DNA of 64,000 bases from Octopus vulgaris (taxonomy: Eukaryota). Position numbers and translations under genes: made by a program. The stretch spans positions 70,928,001-70,992,000 of the forward strand of contig OX597819.1 of the NCBI GenBank assembly GCA_951406725.2, written 5' to 3'. Positions 50,129-63,550 of this stretch are shown here, piece by piece. The stretch's first letter is position 1. Each line of letters starts with the position of its first letter. The notes under the pieces are model-generated. The model was given only the letters and a program-made list of their open reading frames with translations, ran no database searches and was not told the DNA's origin.

Positions 50129-50348
50129 CCCTTTCGTTACCAACCCGGCTGAAACCGGCTTTGGCTCTGTGTACAAATGTCTTGTTTTCATGAGTTTTGA
50201 ATTAAAATCTTCCACTAAACTTTAGTCACAATTTATGTTCCCAACACTAGCTTAATGATAACTAAGTAATTTTACTAAATTCTTTGTTATAGTTAAAGTA
50301 ACTGAAAGAAACACAGAGCATCTCAAAATAAATACAGTAACGAAAGGG
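50129..50348. mobile_element. piggyBac-like MITE, 220 bp (family G1)
   Basis: TTAA|CCCTTTCGTTAC...GTAACGAAAGGG|TTAA with perfect 12-bp TIR; copies at about 12270-12497, 12522-12744, 23978-24323, 32126-32350 and 42064-42289. Confidence 0.88.
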
Positions 50349-51522
50349 TTAAACACATTAACTACAAAGCTGCAGTATGATTGGCTGTCTATTTTTAGTA
50401 TTTTACCTTTATTTTACGTGTATTGTTCATTACCATTTTAATGGGAATCTAGTTGAGATGTCATTTAGGCTATTCCCACTGTACCAAGAACATGGCATGA
50501 TAGGGTTTGTAGTCACCTGGGAACCCATATTTGGTGGCCACGCATTAGCACAGTTGTGCTGTAGCCACTTCAGCCAATTGGAGCTAGATGTTGTGCGCCA
50601 TTTTCAATTTGGTTAGCGGAAGGATGCGGGGACAACCAACTCAGAATTTTCTTCATCATGAACAGCTCCTAGTTTCTTGCATCAACTTAGCATTGTGGAC
50701 ACATTTTACAGTCCAGTTCCCTCAACGCAACTGATACCATGAATAATTCTTTCTTGTCCCATCTAACACAGACCAACTTACCACTTCTAGCTTCTCATTC
50801 ATGCCTACATAAGTTATTTCAGCTTCTCTGATTCACATACATACCTTACATACACATAAAGGCCTCAACTCCCAATACTTGTCTGCAGTTGGACACTTAT
50901 CTTTGTTACTACTTAGCAGCACTCATTGAATTAAATAAAGTTTGCTTTGTTATAAATGCACTGCCTTCTGACAATGCTTTCTACATACATCATGTTACAA
51001 CACGAACATGTTACATAAAGGAGACATTCCTTCCAACTTACATTAATGACTCATTACAGGTTAAACAGTGACGATGTTGTGGAGTTAAAAACAATAATTA
51101 CCTGTAGCATGGAAGTATTTAAATGAATTATTGAGGTAAAATCTTGAAGGGAAAATAATGCATGTATAATTCTGTTTCCATCTCCAGTTGTATTCATCTC
51201 ATGTGCAAAGTATATTTTATTATTATTATTATCTCACTTTTAAGGTGGTGAGCTGGCAGAAACATTAGCATGCCAGGCAACATTCTTAGTGGTATTTTGT
51301 CTGTCTTCATGTTCTGAGTTCAAATTCTGTCAAGGTCAACTTTGCCTTCCATCCTTTTGGGGTCAATAAATTAAGTACCTGTTACACACTGGAGGTTAAT
51401 CTAATCAACTAGCCTCCTCCCCCAACAATTTCAGGCCTTGTGCCTAGCGTACTTTTGCTGTACTGGTTTATTCTAACCTCACAGCCAAATGTTTAGCATC
51501 AGGGAGACCTGCAGCTGTCTAA

Positions 51523-51606
51523 AATTAATTGGAAGAGAAAGATAATTAATTGGAAGAGAAAGATAATTAATTGGAAGAAAAAGATAATTAATTAGAAGAG
51601 AAAGAT
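51523..51606. repeat. Minisatellite, 4 x 21 bp
   Basis: AATTAATTGGAAGAGAAAGAT four times with 2 substitutions. Confidence 0.95.
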
Positions 51607-52216
51607 AGTTCTATCTGGAATACAACCTTCAGTTATTGTCTGTTTATGTTGCAAATTTACTTTGCAAAGGTAATGAATACTCTGTGATTTCATCTTCACT
51701 TTGTCTGTGAATTTCTTGCTTTTTTAGCTATGTAAAAGAAACAGCGCCATTGGTTCTTTTTGACCATCCCTCCATTTTATCTGTCCACTATTTCTTGGAT
51801 GGTCATGGGAGGAAAATCCACACACACCTCCTCCATAAAGTCTTGTAAGAAGTACCTGCCATTACAATTTCCAGTTACATTCCCAAGCATGACCAACTGA
51901 GGTTATGGATATTATCCAACCCTCTTGATCCTGGTCTACCCTTAGGTTTCCCCCTGTGGTTGGCTTGGCTTGACTTGAAGAGTCGATCTTATGATTCTTT
52001 TCAGCAATATTCCAATCACATCAATAGTATTGGAGTTGTGATCTCTCAATGTGGAGACACAAAGACACTCTTTCATCTCTGAGCTGTGCACCCTGTTGGG
52101 TAACATTACTCCAAAGAAGTATGGCAAAATTGTAATGCCCGTAAGCACATATCCTTGATTGTAGCATGTAGTGTATAGCATGTCAGCATTATGCATTTTG
52201 TTTTCCCTTGTTTTAG

Positions 52217-52337
52217 ATGAAAATTACAGTGAATTTGATATAGCTTGCTTGACCAATCTTGGAGAATTAAGAATCTATACTCTACCAAGTCTTCGGTTAC
52301 AGCTGGCAGAAAATTCCATTAAGAAAGAGGACCTAAA
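52217..52337 (+). CDS. lgl: Lgl exon 17 (ENYSEFDIACLTNLGELRIYTLPSLRLQLAENSIKKEDL)
   Basis: ttttag acceptor, gtaagt donor, phase 1 to 2; LTNLG motif. Confidence 0.96.
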
Positions 52338-52880
52338 GTAAGTTATAGTCTTCATTTTTTATGATTTCTTTCAGTATGTGAATCAACATTAGTTCAACAA
52401 TTCCTACATTATCAGATTCAAGAAAAGCATTATTTAGTGGTCATTTACAATTTATTTAAAGGTGAATGGAGTCTGGTGTGTGTGTAAAAGAAAAGCATTA
52501 ATCTCACAGTGCACTCTTTTGCTCAACAGCTGTTTCATTAAGACAAGCATCACCAAATATATAATTACATAATTGTGTACATGATTAATTTAAATTGATT
52601 TAAAAACTGTATATACCTAAATTGTCAGTATTATTGTGTTAATCAGAAAACTGTTACTGGTTTAACTTAATCTAAATTACATCAATTGTATGACAATTAT
52701 GTAATCATACATTTGGTGGTGTGTCTGTCTTTGTGAAACTGTTGTTGAGCATAAAGTATGAAATGTAAATAAAATTCTTTTACGCTTTTTATTTTAAATA
52801 TGTTTAAGCCAGTTATGTATATAATAAAAATCTGGTATACATGATTGAGACATAGCAGTATTTAATTAAAACAGCTGCAT

Positions 52881-52921
<41 letters not shown>

Positions 52922-53254
52922 ATGTATACACGTTTGTGTATATATGTGAGTGTTGGTCTGTGTCTTCTTGTGCTGACATCATCTGACAGTTGTAAATGAG
53001 TGTCACTGTTATATAAGCAGTGTCATCCATTTCCAATATTCTGCATAAACGTCTCTGGCTATGAAGAAATATTACTTTTCTTGGAAGCAGGTGAGGTTTG
53101 GCATCAGGAAAGGCATCTGGTTGTAGAAAATCTGTCTTTATGAATTCCATCCGATCCATGAAAGCATGGAAAAGTCTATGTTAAAAACAATAACCCTGTG
53201 TTTTCCATTTTGGTTACTTACCTGTTGTCTTTTTCTTTTTTTTCTCTTTTCCAG

Positions 53255-53500
53255 TGGCATTTCATCTTTTATTTTCACAAAGAATGGTCAAGGGTTCCAT
53301 TTGATCTGTTCGTCTGAGTTTTGCCGAACATCGTTATCAAAACGTTATGTCACACAACCAAACTGCACCATAGAATTGGCAGAGGGAATGCGACCTGAAC
53401 CAGTTGCTGAGCCTGAAGCTTTGCCAGAAACAGAACAACAGCCTGCAGAACCTTCAGAACAAGTGAATGCCCCATCCACAGAGAACCCTGCTAATGAACT
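53255..53500 (+). CDS. lgl: Lgl exon 18 (GISSFIFTKNGQGFHLICSSEFCRTSLS... E/P-rich linker)
   Basis: ttccag acceptor, gtaaga donor, phase 2 to 2. Confidence 0.95.
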
Positions 53501-53622
53501 GTAAGATCTGTTTGCTGCTCAATGTTCCCCTAAAATTGTTAGTGGGAGCATGAGTGTTTATTTAAATCCACTTTTCATTAATTTAATACTATTTAAGGTT
53601 TCTATTTTTCCTTTTTTTTTAA

Positions 53623-53855
53623 CCCTTTGCCTGTCCAAAGCATTTTGACCAATTTGTCCTAAATGTCCTTGCTTGTTTTCAGACTTTTAGTTTCTCTTTG
53701 TCTCTTACATTGTGAGTAATATAAAGCTTTCTTTTTATAAGTCCCAAGTTACTCTGGTAGTCGGCAAAAATTGGGAATGTGTATCCTACATGATGCATGG
53801 ATGCCAGGAAAATATGTCATGTGTACCACATGTGATACACAAGACAGGCAAAGGG
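53623..53855. mobile_element. piggyBac-like MITE with a different internal sequence
   Basis: TTAA|CCCTTTGCCTGTC...GACAGGCAAAGGG|TTAA, 13-bp TIR. Confidence 0.85.
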
Positions 53856-54187
53856 TTAAATTAACTTAATGGATACATTAAATTTTTTACAAATATTATC
53901 AGGTTTAGAGCTTTATATCTCTAAAGAAATTAATTTTGGCTGCATGTGCTAATTTTTCATTTTCAACAAATTAAAAGAATCATAGGGGTTTTCTGTGGGT
54001 TTGCAATTCTATCAAATTGTTCTGGGATTTTATTTGGAACGGTATTTCACGTGAGTACATTCGGCCAGAAACTCCTCATTCAGAGCCAATTCTCATTTAG
54101 TGGGGTCTTTTTCTTTCATCTCTGAAGAAATATCTGTTTCTTTGGCATCCAACGTGTTGTAATTTGTCATCTCTTGTTTGCTACTAA

Positions 54188-54780
54188 CCCTTTCATGATT
54201 AGAAACCCTGAGCACTAATACTTCCATTCATAGCACTAATTGATGTGGTTTGTTTATAATGATAGTAGTAACTTGGTTTATTACCTTTAACTCGTTTCAG
54301 TCATTAGACTGCGACCATGCTGGGGCACAGCCTTGAAGGATTTTAGCCAAACGAATCAACCCCAGTAATTGTTCCTTTGAAGCCTGGTGCTTATTCTATT
54401 GGTCTCTTCTGCTGAACTGCTAAGTTCTGAGGATGTTAGCAGCACACCAGAACTAGTTGTCAAGTGGTGGTGGCAGGCAAACACAAAGATGCGCACGTGC
54501 ATACACACACGCGCACACACACACACACACACTCTCACAGGTGCAACAACCTTCTTTCAGTCTATGTGTACCAAACCCACTTACGAGGCTTTGATTGACC
54601 TGAGGCTATGGTAGAAGACACTTGCCCAAAGTACCATGGAGTGGAACTGAACCCAAAATCATGAGGTTGGGAAGCAAACGTCTTACGACACAGCCACTCT
54701 TGTGCCTATACTGTTGAATTTTTACAGCATTACTGTTCAAAATACTATTCATATTTTAAATCAGTCTGTTCATGAAAGGG
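54188..54780. mobile_element. piggyBac-like MITE interrupted by a minus-strand SINE A/E
   Basis: TAA|CCCTTTCATGA ... TCATGAAAGGG|TTAA; SINE at about 54290-54705 inside. Confidence 0.7.
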
Positions 54781-55354
54781 TTAATTTTCAGTGAATCATT
54801 CTTTCTCTCTCTCTCTGTGTTTCTGTCTCTTTGACTTGGATTTTAAATTGATGTCACATCAAATTCAGTTAAATGGTAAATTTTCAAATTTCACTCCAGT
54901 TTGTGAGATGGTGCCATGTGATATCCATTTAAATTTAACAAAAGTAAAAATGTTGAATATTTTTTTCTTTTTTTTTTCCATAGTAACTATATAAACCTGT
55001 TGTTATAACTGCATGTTTCTATTGTAAACTGTTGTTTCAATGTCACTAATAAGCCAAACTATAACCCTAACTACAACAATTAGCTTCAACTCTTTTAAAA
55101 TTACGGATGTAATTTATAATTTTATTCTTTATATAACTATTTTGTAGTTTTTAATATTGTGGAAGAAATTGCATGGTTTTTGTCATTTCATTTAGTATAG
55201 ATTTTGTCCAGTTCTCATTACTCTGTAGGTATTATATATATATATATATATTCTATTATGTTTGTATGTGAAGCTTTGTTCCTTTCTCTGTATGGGGATA
55301 TTACATCTTAAAGATTGCCTGGTATTCCCTTCTCTCCTTTTGGTGTTGTCATTA

Positions 55355-55397
<43 letters not shown>

Positions 55398-56257
55398 CCT
55401 TTCTCTGCACTTGACCATAAAGATTAAGGGAACTATGCTTCTTAACAAATCAATCACTAATGCTTCTAGAACTTTTCCAACTATTTCCTATCCTCTTAAA
55501 GAGTATTACAGGAGCTTGTCCACTCCCCATTCCTCTTTTTTTCTTTATCGTAATTTAATGGCATCTGAAGAATACATAAATGATGAATTACAATAATTGA
55601 AGTTTATCTTCTCCACCCAAATAGTTTCTGTTTTGTAGAGGAGGCAGGTGCTGGTCTGAAGGACAGGACCCAGTATATCTCTGGTATCATTGAAAGAGGA
55701 GAAAGTAAATAGTGTAATATTTTTCAGCAATCAAGGTCATACTGTAAGATAGGAAAACGAGACCTTCTGAAATCCAAAAGTTCCATAAATTTTGTGAAAT
55801 TGCCATTAATATTTGCTTAATTTTTGAACAAGGTGATGGAAGTGGTTTTCATACTGTACAGTAAAAAAGAATTTAAAATCCTCATTCTCTGGCTTGTTTT
55901 TACCAACACAGTTAAGAACTGGCTGAAGAATTTCCTTCATTTTGATGTTAAATTCCTTGAAATAGAATTCCTGTTCAGTGTATTTTCATGCACTACTTTA
56001 TAGTAATTAGCTGTTAATCCTTCATTAAAGTGTCTGAAATATTGAAGGCATAAAAGTGAAACTTAAATTATTGTAAAAAGAAAAAAAATGATAAAAGGAG
56101 AAAAAGTACAGTGTTTGATTAATTTCATTGGTTGATTAGGTGGCTTAATTTAATATAAAGTGACAAATTTAAAGACTTACAATTATAGCACTGCCTAAGG
56201 GCCATCAATTCATTGGGTTATTGGGTCTCGATGCCTCTCTATCGCCATGTTTTCCAG

Positions 56258-56419
56258 CAGAGAGGGAGAAGCAGAAGGACCGGAAGGCACCGGGACAAAT
56301 AATGATGTGGCTGAAAATATCGAGGGATTGATTGAGGAAACCCAACACAATGATTCACGGGCTGACACCACCACCACCACCACTGGTGATATCTCTCAAG
56401 ATAGTATCATAGATGTAGC
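56258..56419 (+). CDS. lgl: Lgl exon 19 (REGEAEGPEG...RADTTTTTTGDISQDSIIDV)
   Basis: CAGCAG tandem acceptor, gtaagt donor, phase 2 to 2; resembles the LLGL1 tail ADTTLDTTGDVT as I recall it. Confidence 0.85.
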
Positions 56420-59400
56420 GTAAGTATTTTGTTAGCCATGGCCAATGCTTGGCTGAAAAAGCAGCATGCAGCATTTTCTTCTCAGTTCTTTTACTGCTCA
56501 CAAATAGCATTGGTTCTAATCTATCTTAGCTTGAATAATTACTCAACTTACTGGCTGTCAGTTAAATGCATTTAATTAACCTCTCTCTGTTTTCAGCTGT
56601 TTTTCCAGTTCTGCTTTTACTCACTTTATCTACTAATTCAATATCACACATTTGTTTATGACAAAAGAAAAAGACAGTAGGAATTTTACTAGTTTAAAAT
56701 GATTCTTCAAATACATGATTTGTTTTCCACCCCTGCTAGTTGAGCCTTATTTATCAATCGGAAATCTATTCATTTATTTATTTTTGTATCTAATATTCAC
56801 CTGCACACTTTCTTTTATGCACTCCAGTTTCACCCTATTTTCATAGTTTTACTGCGTTTCATTTGGAATTACAACAATATACCTTCCGGTAGATTCAATC
56901 TTATCAACACAATTGACCTGGATGATTCCTAAACAATGTTTTATAAAATCATTAAGACCTAAGTAACTCACCTGTTCTACTTTTTGTAATAAAAAATATA
57001 TATTCAAATTAGGATTGTAGACAGAAAATCTAGTTATGTTGTTCTGAGAGTGTTCTTTTAGGATTAATTAAAGTTCTGTTTTAGGGGCTATAAGGCTCAT
57101 ATCTCATCCTTTTTTCATCATTGTCATCATCATTAAACATCTGTGTTCCATGTTGGTGTGGGTTGGATGTTTTGACAGGATCCTTTGTCCCTCGCCAACA
57201 CAAGACTATTGTTCTCTAGTATCTGCTTTGGCATAATTTCTATGGGTAGACGCTCTTCCTGTTGCCGACTAGTTTACACTGTGTTCTGGGTGTGTTTTTC
57301 ATGTCACCAACAAGTAAGGTCACCATGCACCTTGGAAAACCCCAAACTCTTTGAGGATTGCTTTACAGAAGGAAACAAGAGGTAAAAGTATGAAAGAAGT
57401 AGGGGCCAGAGCAGAAATGGTTTCTTGATGTAGAGGAGTTACATGGCTACTCAGATTTTAGGAAAGCGGGTTGGAATGGTCAGGTGTAACTGAAAAGAGA
57501 AAAAAATAACAGAGATGAGTTATCAGGGTGGATCTCCACTGTTTGATATTTTCCCACCAGTTGTAGCCATGTTATAGTTTTCTCATTTGAGCTCTATGCT
57601 AGATCCCTCTGAAGCCCATTTTTTCTCTCTCGAAATCTCTCTCATTCCTGCATGCTGACATTACATAAACAACAGAGCATGTCATTGCCTTGTTTCTTAA
57701 CCTCTATATTCAGTGCCAATCTCTTGTTATTGCAATTTCTACCCGAGCTTCCCTCATACAGTCTATCCTTTATTTGTAGTGACAATCCCTCTGTTGGTGA
57801 CAGAGCTAACGCCTCCCTTATCTCTTTGCAACCTCCATGCTTACTCTGGTTGATGTGCTTTTACACAGTTCCCCCTCATTGCTAATTAAGTTACCTAGGT
57901 AACAAAGCTATCTACTACATTTATCAAGCTTTTGGGATAATTACAGGAATTCATTTCTTCTTTGATGCTCTCACTGCTAATTGTACTTGTACATTTATTA
58001 AATAATGCAATCTTATGCCAGTCTGCTTGATATTCAACTGCTGTGTAGTTTAGAAGTTTGCTCCATTGTTTGCTTCAGGCTTCACTGTTACTCTTAGTTG
58101 GTATATTTTAACAAAATAATCTACACATACATTCAAACTAATACTTTGTTATAGTCTCCTAAAACATTAAATACTTAAATACATATATATATTAAATACA
58201 TATATATATATATATACATACACATTGGTTCTCGTCTCCATTTTGGATTCAAATACCAATGTCAGGTTTGATAATTGTTAAGATTCCAGTTAACGTGAAA
58301 CCATCAGTAGCCTTGTTTCCCCACTAATATACATGTAATTTTACGTCTGCTCCTCCATGGAAATAGATGGGAGTTCTTCAGGTAGTATTGTTATATGACT
58401 TGAGGTCAACCCTTTTAGCTGCCTTTTACAGCATGCAAATTTACAGTGGGCATGTTCTAAAAACCAAGATGCATTTGTGTGTGTGTTGTGAGTTTCTGTT
58501 TCTCCAGTTTTCTTTCTCCATTCTTTTCTCTCCATCTCTATCTTGTCTCTCAGAAAAAGAGTGAATATTGAAAGTGCTAGATATTTCCCTTTTTTTCCCA
58601 TCTTCTGAGCGTCAAACTAATTCCAACTCTGTGTTAATTTTTTACCTGGACTTTGTGTTGTATTTTACTTCTTTGCTATAGATGTATATAGCGTGCGCGC
58701 ATTTGTGTGTATATACAAATACAGATGTTTAGGTGTATGTGTGTTGTGATGAAAAGAAGGGAAAATAATTCTATACCTGAAATACAGTACTGTATAATTT
58801 GGTCAATCAGAACGCTGGCATCGGAGCTTTTCATTCACCAGGCATTATATTTCATGCATCGGATTCTTCAACTTACTCTTCTAGATAGATAGATAGATAG
58901 ATAGAGAAATGTCATCAGGCAAGATGGTGAGTGGGATATTGTGTTCTAATTGGTCAGGACAACTTTTTATGTTGGTGTAATGTTAGCCATCTGGGGTATA
59001 GTCTGAGTTAAGGAAGGTAACTATGATTAAAATCATCATTTAACATTTGTTTTCCCAGCTGGTATGCATGTGATGGTTTGACTGGATCTAGCAAGTCAAA
59101 AAACTGCACCAAACAACTCTGCTTTAGCATGGTTTCCATGACTGGATATTTTTATTAATGCCAACCACTTTATTGAGTGTACTGGCTGGTTTTTGTTTTT
59201 CCTCTCCTCACCTGAGGTCTGATGTAGTATTGAAGAAGGTGGCTTTATGCCAGGTGATGAGAGGTTAAAGTGTGATAGAGGGGCAATAATAACAGGTATT
59301 TTGCTGTAGGGAAATATATGATTATCATATATTGAAAAGGAAATGGTGGTGAAGATGGCATTATGCTGAAATTTAATTACGCTATGAAAATATGGTTGAT

Positions 59401-60839
59401 GGGAGATAAATGAAGCTTTTCATAATTAATTAGGCTAATTGTTTGTTAATCCTTCATTGTTCCTATCTCTGTATTTGTATGTATGATTATAAAAGTGTAT
59501 TTAGTTTATCGGCTACAGACAAGTGTTCTCTATATAGAATACACTTCGAAGTGCTCAAGAGATTTGAACTTGAGCCGGTAGAGGAGTAAATGTAAGGACA
59601 AGCTAGTTAGGCAAGTCGATTTATGCAGAATATTAAATACATTTAATATAAAAAAATGTACATAGGATGAAAAATTATCTGACTTATACAGAACATAAAT
59701 AATATGGGTTGAGTTTTACGAATCCAACAGCTGTTTCCGAGGGCTTGGTTGTCCAGAATAATGATAGTTACTTGAATCCATTATCAAATAACACCGCCTC
59801 TGTCTTCAGGGGAGAATTTTACATTTTGAGGTGTTGACAGGATGGAGTTTTTAAGATGTAAAGGTGTTTTTGAATGAGGTGAAATGAGACAGGGATGCAA
59901 TAAATGAATGAATAACTTAAAATAATAAAATGACATCTTCTACATGTTTCAATCGCTAGACTGTGGCCATGCTGGGGCACTTCCTTGAAGAACTTTTAAT
60001 CATATAAATCGACCCCAGTATATATATTTGACAACCTGATGCTTACTTTGTTGATCCCTTTTACCAAATTGCTAACTTACAGGAACATAAACACAGCATG
60101 TGGTTGGAAAGCAAACTTCTTACCACACACCCACACCCGTGCCTTTGATAAATTAATTCTAACAATTTATATTTCCTTCGTTTATAGCTAGCAACAAATA
60201 ACTCTCAGTTCTTATATTATACTAATGAGTCTTGCCTTCTGTTAGCTTTTTAACGATCATCCCTAGCTGAAGTAGTTAACATAACAATTGGTAAAATGTA
60301 ATGTCCTTGACTGTGGGTTTTCAGTTAACCTGATTTATTGTATTTCTGGTAAAGGGAGTATCTGTAGCTTGTTGCAGAACAAACATAACAAGGGACTACT
60401 GTTCAAAAAGTACCTTGATGACATCCTTATCAACAAAGTATCTTCTGCTCATACCCACAAGCTGTGTTTCCTCAGTTTTTGTTTACCAAATTTATCTGAC
60501 ATGGTATTGTGAACTGAGGCTAAGGTAGAAGATACTTGTTCAAAGTTCTGTGCCATAGGATGGAACTTATATCCACAAAACCATTTTTGCACTCTTAAGC
60601 ACATAGCCATTCTTTGACTATATCCTAATTTAGTTATATACTGAGGGAAACCATAATGTGTATGTGTGTTGGGCATTTTAAATCTTGTTTAAAAGTAATT
60701 TTTGAGTCTTATGGTTGTATTTGTGTGCATGAATTTATCATTGTCATCACTTAATATCCATGATGATGATGATGAAGAGGAGGAGGATGAAATAATGTCC
60801 GTGTATGCATGTGCACTGACTCTTCTGCTCTATATATGT

Positions 60840-61230
60840 CAGACTTAGACATTGTCCAGGGCCCTTAGGATCGATGTGAACTCCTTTGGTGTTCGGCCAC
60901 TCTGCAGAATTATGGGTTACCACCAGTTGGATTTCATATCCAACAAATGACTCAGAAACTGAGATGTGTTGTGTTGCTTGTAGGACTTGGGGTCACCAAA
61001 TCAGAGTGTTTGGCCATGTTACTCAATTTTCTGTGTCAGACCCTGCTAACCATTTTCTTATCATTGAGGATCCGGCTGGGTTGGCGGTTTGTGTTGGTCG
61101 ACCACATGGTCATGGCAGATGAGGTATCTCGCCAAGAAAGGACCCCGCTTGACAGGTTGCCCAGGAGGACCTGGGAATATATTGACAAATGGTGAATACA
61201 GCAAGGCACTGCAATAGCATCATGGCCCCA
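60840..61230 (-). mobile_element. Probable decayed LINE fragment
   Basis: GC-richer island with broken ORFs and no splice fit to Lgl; family not identified. Confidence 0.35.
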
Positions 61231-63398
61231 CACCTTTTTCTTAGATAAAATATTTTGTAAATGATTCCAGTGAATGTTCAGTTTTAAACTCTTTTTCAAA
61301 CCTTTAGTCTGAGCCAGTAAAACTATTAATGAAAGATTTGGATCTCCCCACCACTGTTAAATCATCTTTCCTAAACATTTAAGGTTTCAAGTTTACATAA
61401 GAAACCATCATTATTATTATTATTATTATTGTTAAGGCAGTGGCAAGTTGGTAGGAATGCTAGCATACTGCACAGAATGCTTTGTGACAGTTCATCCATC
61501 TTCATGCTGTGAGTCCAAATTCTATCAAGGCTGACTTAGCCTTTCATCCATTCAGGGTCAATAAAATAATTACCAGTTGTGTACTGGGGTTGATCTAATT
61601 GACTTACCCCCCCCCACTCCAAAATTGCTGGCCTTGTGCTAAAATTTGAAATTATTATTCTGGTTTCTGTACCGGTTTTTACATAAAAAGCACCATCTGA
61701 TTGTGATCGATGCCAGCTCCTCTGGCTCCTGTGCTTCCCCACTACTTCTGCTCGTGATCAGAGATGCACATATCGTCAGCCACTAAGGGGCATGGTCAAC
61801 TGGTTATGGTCAGACAACTGACAAGCAAATCTGTGGTATTGAGCAGAATATTTGCTGTAGCCCATCTTTTATAACATTATGATTATTATTATGATTATTA
61901 TTATTATTATCATTATTGCAGTTAAGGTGAGCTGGCAGAGTTGTTAGCACGTTGGGCAAAATGCTTAGTGGTATTTCATCTGCTGCTACCTTCTGTGTTC
62001 AAATTCCACCGAGGTCCAACTTTGCCTTTTATCCTTTCGGGCAGTCGGTAAATTATGTACCAGTGAAACACTGGGGTTGATGTAATCGACCAGTCCCCCC
62101 CCCCCCCCGCCTAAATTTCAGGCCTTATGCCTACAGTAGAAAGGATTATTATTATTATTATTATTATTATTGTGGCTGTCAAGGTGACAAGCTGACAGTT
62201 AAGGTTGCGAGCTGGCAGATTGCTTAGCAATTTTTCTCCCGACTCTTTACATTCCAAGTTCAAATCATGCCATGGCCAACTTTGACATTTATCTCCCTGG
62301 GATCAGTAAAATAAATAGCAGTCTAGTACTGAGATATAAAGGACAGAATCGGTTGAAAACGATATAAAGGACAGAATCGGTTGAGCAACAGAAAATGCTT
62401 TGCAACAATTCTCTTTACATTTTGAGTTCAATCCTGCCAAGGTCAACTTTGCATTCTATCCTCCTGGGGTCATTAAGATAGGTAACAGTCAAGTACTGGG
62501 AGTTAATACAGTCAACTAGCCCCCTCCCCCATCACTCCACCAATTTCAGGCCTTGTGCCTATAAATAGAAAGAATTGTTATTGTTATATTTCCTTTACCC
62601 AAACTTTGCATGTTTTTTGCTTGTTTTATGTTGTTCGTTTTAATTTTTGCTCGTTATGCTCGTTATGCCTGTTCACTGTTGTTATTTTTTTTTCACCTTT
62701 GAAACATAATTACATTTGTTTTCTCCCATTTTATTCAGCTGTTTTGATTTTTTTTTTTTTTTTGTATTTTGCCCATGCAACTGTTGACCCGTTAGCGTTC
62801 AGAATATTCTGTCAAATGTAATGCTTATTTATAATAATCCACATTGTTTTGAATTAATCACACATTATCTTGTAGCTTCAAGATTGCAATGGTGTGTTTG
62901 TATATTTTTTTAGAATGACATTGTAGGGTAGGTGTGAGAGTTTTGATCTGGTCAGTCTTAACATAAAGCAGGTAAAACATTTCGGCTTGGATATGGCTGG
63001 ATTAAAAGCTACAGGGTTTAAAATAAAATAAAAAACTCAAGCCCTGCCATATAGTAATGAAAGATTAATGTAAATTAGGATTAAAATATAAAATTTCGTG
63101 TTTCAAAAACAATTTCTTTGTTCTTTTGTGTCACTACTGCTTTCAGGAAATATTTAAAGAAATTTAATGAGAATATTTAACTGATTTGATAAAAGACAAT
63201 AAAATTTCAGTGAAATTGTGTTGATACAGTTGGAATATTTAATATGAAATATGTATTTCCTGAATACTAAATAATATTTGGCTGGGAATTAGTGTGTTTT
63301 AGCCTTAAATTACCTATGCTCTTCCAGATTCAGTTTGTTATTAATCCAAGATCCTTAATGCTCAAAATTGTTTCAGGTATTTATTGATCCTTTTAGAT

Positions 63399-63550
63399 CA
63401 GTGGTTCCCAAACTTTTCACAACCAAGGACCTTTTTTTATTTAAATGAGTTTTCCCATGGACCCCAGGATATCGAAAGGTCTGTCTGCTTAACATGTTCA
63501 CTCACAGACTCCCAGTAGTACGTTTGTGGACCGCAGGTTGTGAACCAGTG
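63399..63550. mobile_element. hAT/Charlie-like MITE
   Basis: CAGTGGTTCCCAAACTT ... AGGTTGTGAACCAGTG; degenerate TSD. Confidence 0.65.

Larger units (their letters stand above)
13..56419 (+). other. lgl: Lethal(2) giant larvae homologue, partial gene span (19 exons here; 5' end outside window, 3' end unresolved)
   Basis: 19 GT-AG exons join in phase to 2952 nt with no stop. Family motifs: YGAPGVEF, PYGPFPCKAI, SGGMPRASYGD, WPIDGG, LLLTGHEDGTIRFWD, FDPYSDDPR, SFKKSLRESFRRLRKSR, HRAPV, SEEQFKVFSLP. No tomosyn-type C-terminal R-SNARE seen in the window. Confidence 0.96.

Noticed and set aside
13-56419. Tomosyn/STXBP5 as an alternative identity
   Set aside because: YGAPGVEF, GPFPCKAI, SGGMPRASYGD and the SFKKSLRESF cluster fit Lgl, and no R-SNARE coil is seen.
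58495-58680. Strong pyrimidine tract and possible last exon
   Set aside because: Resembles the decayed repeat at 34850-35345 (CTGAGCGT.AAACTAAT), and the product has no Lgl similarity.
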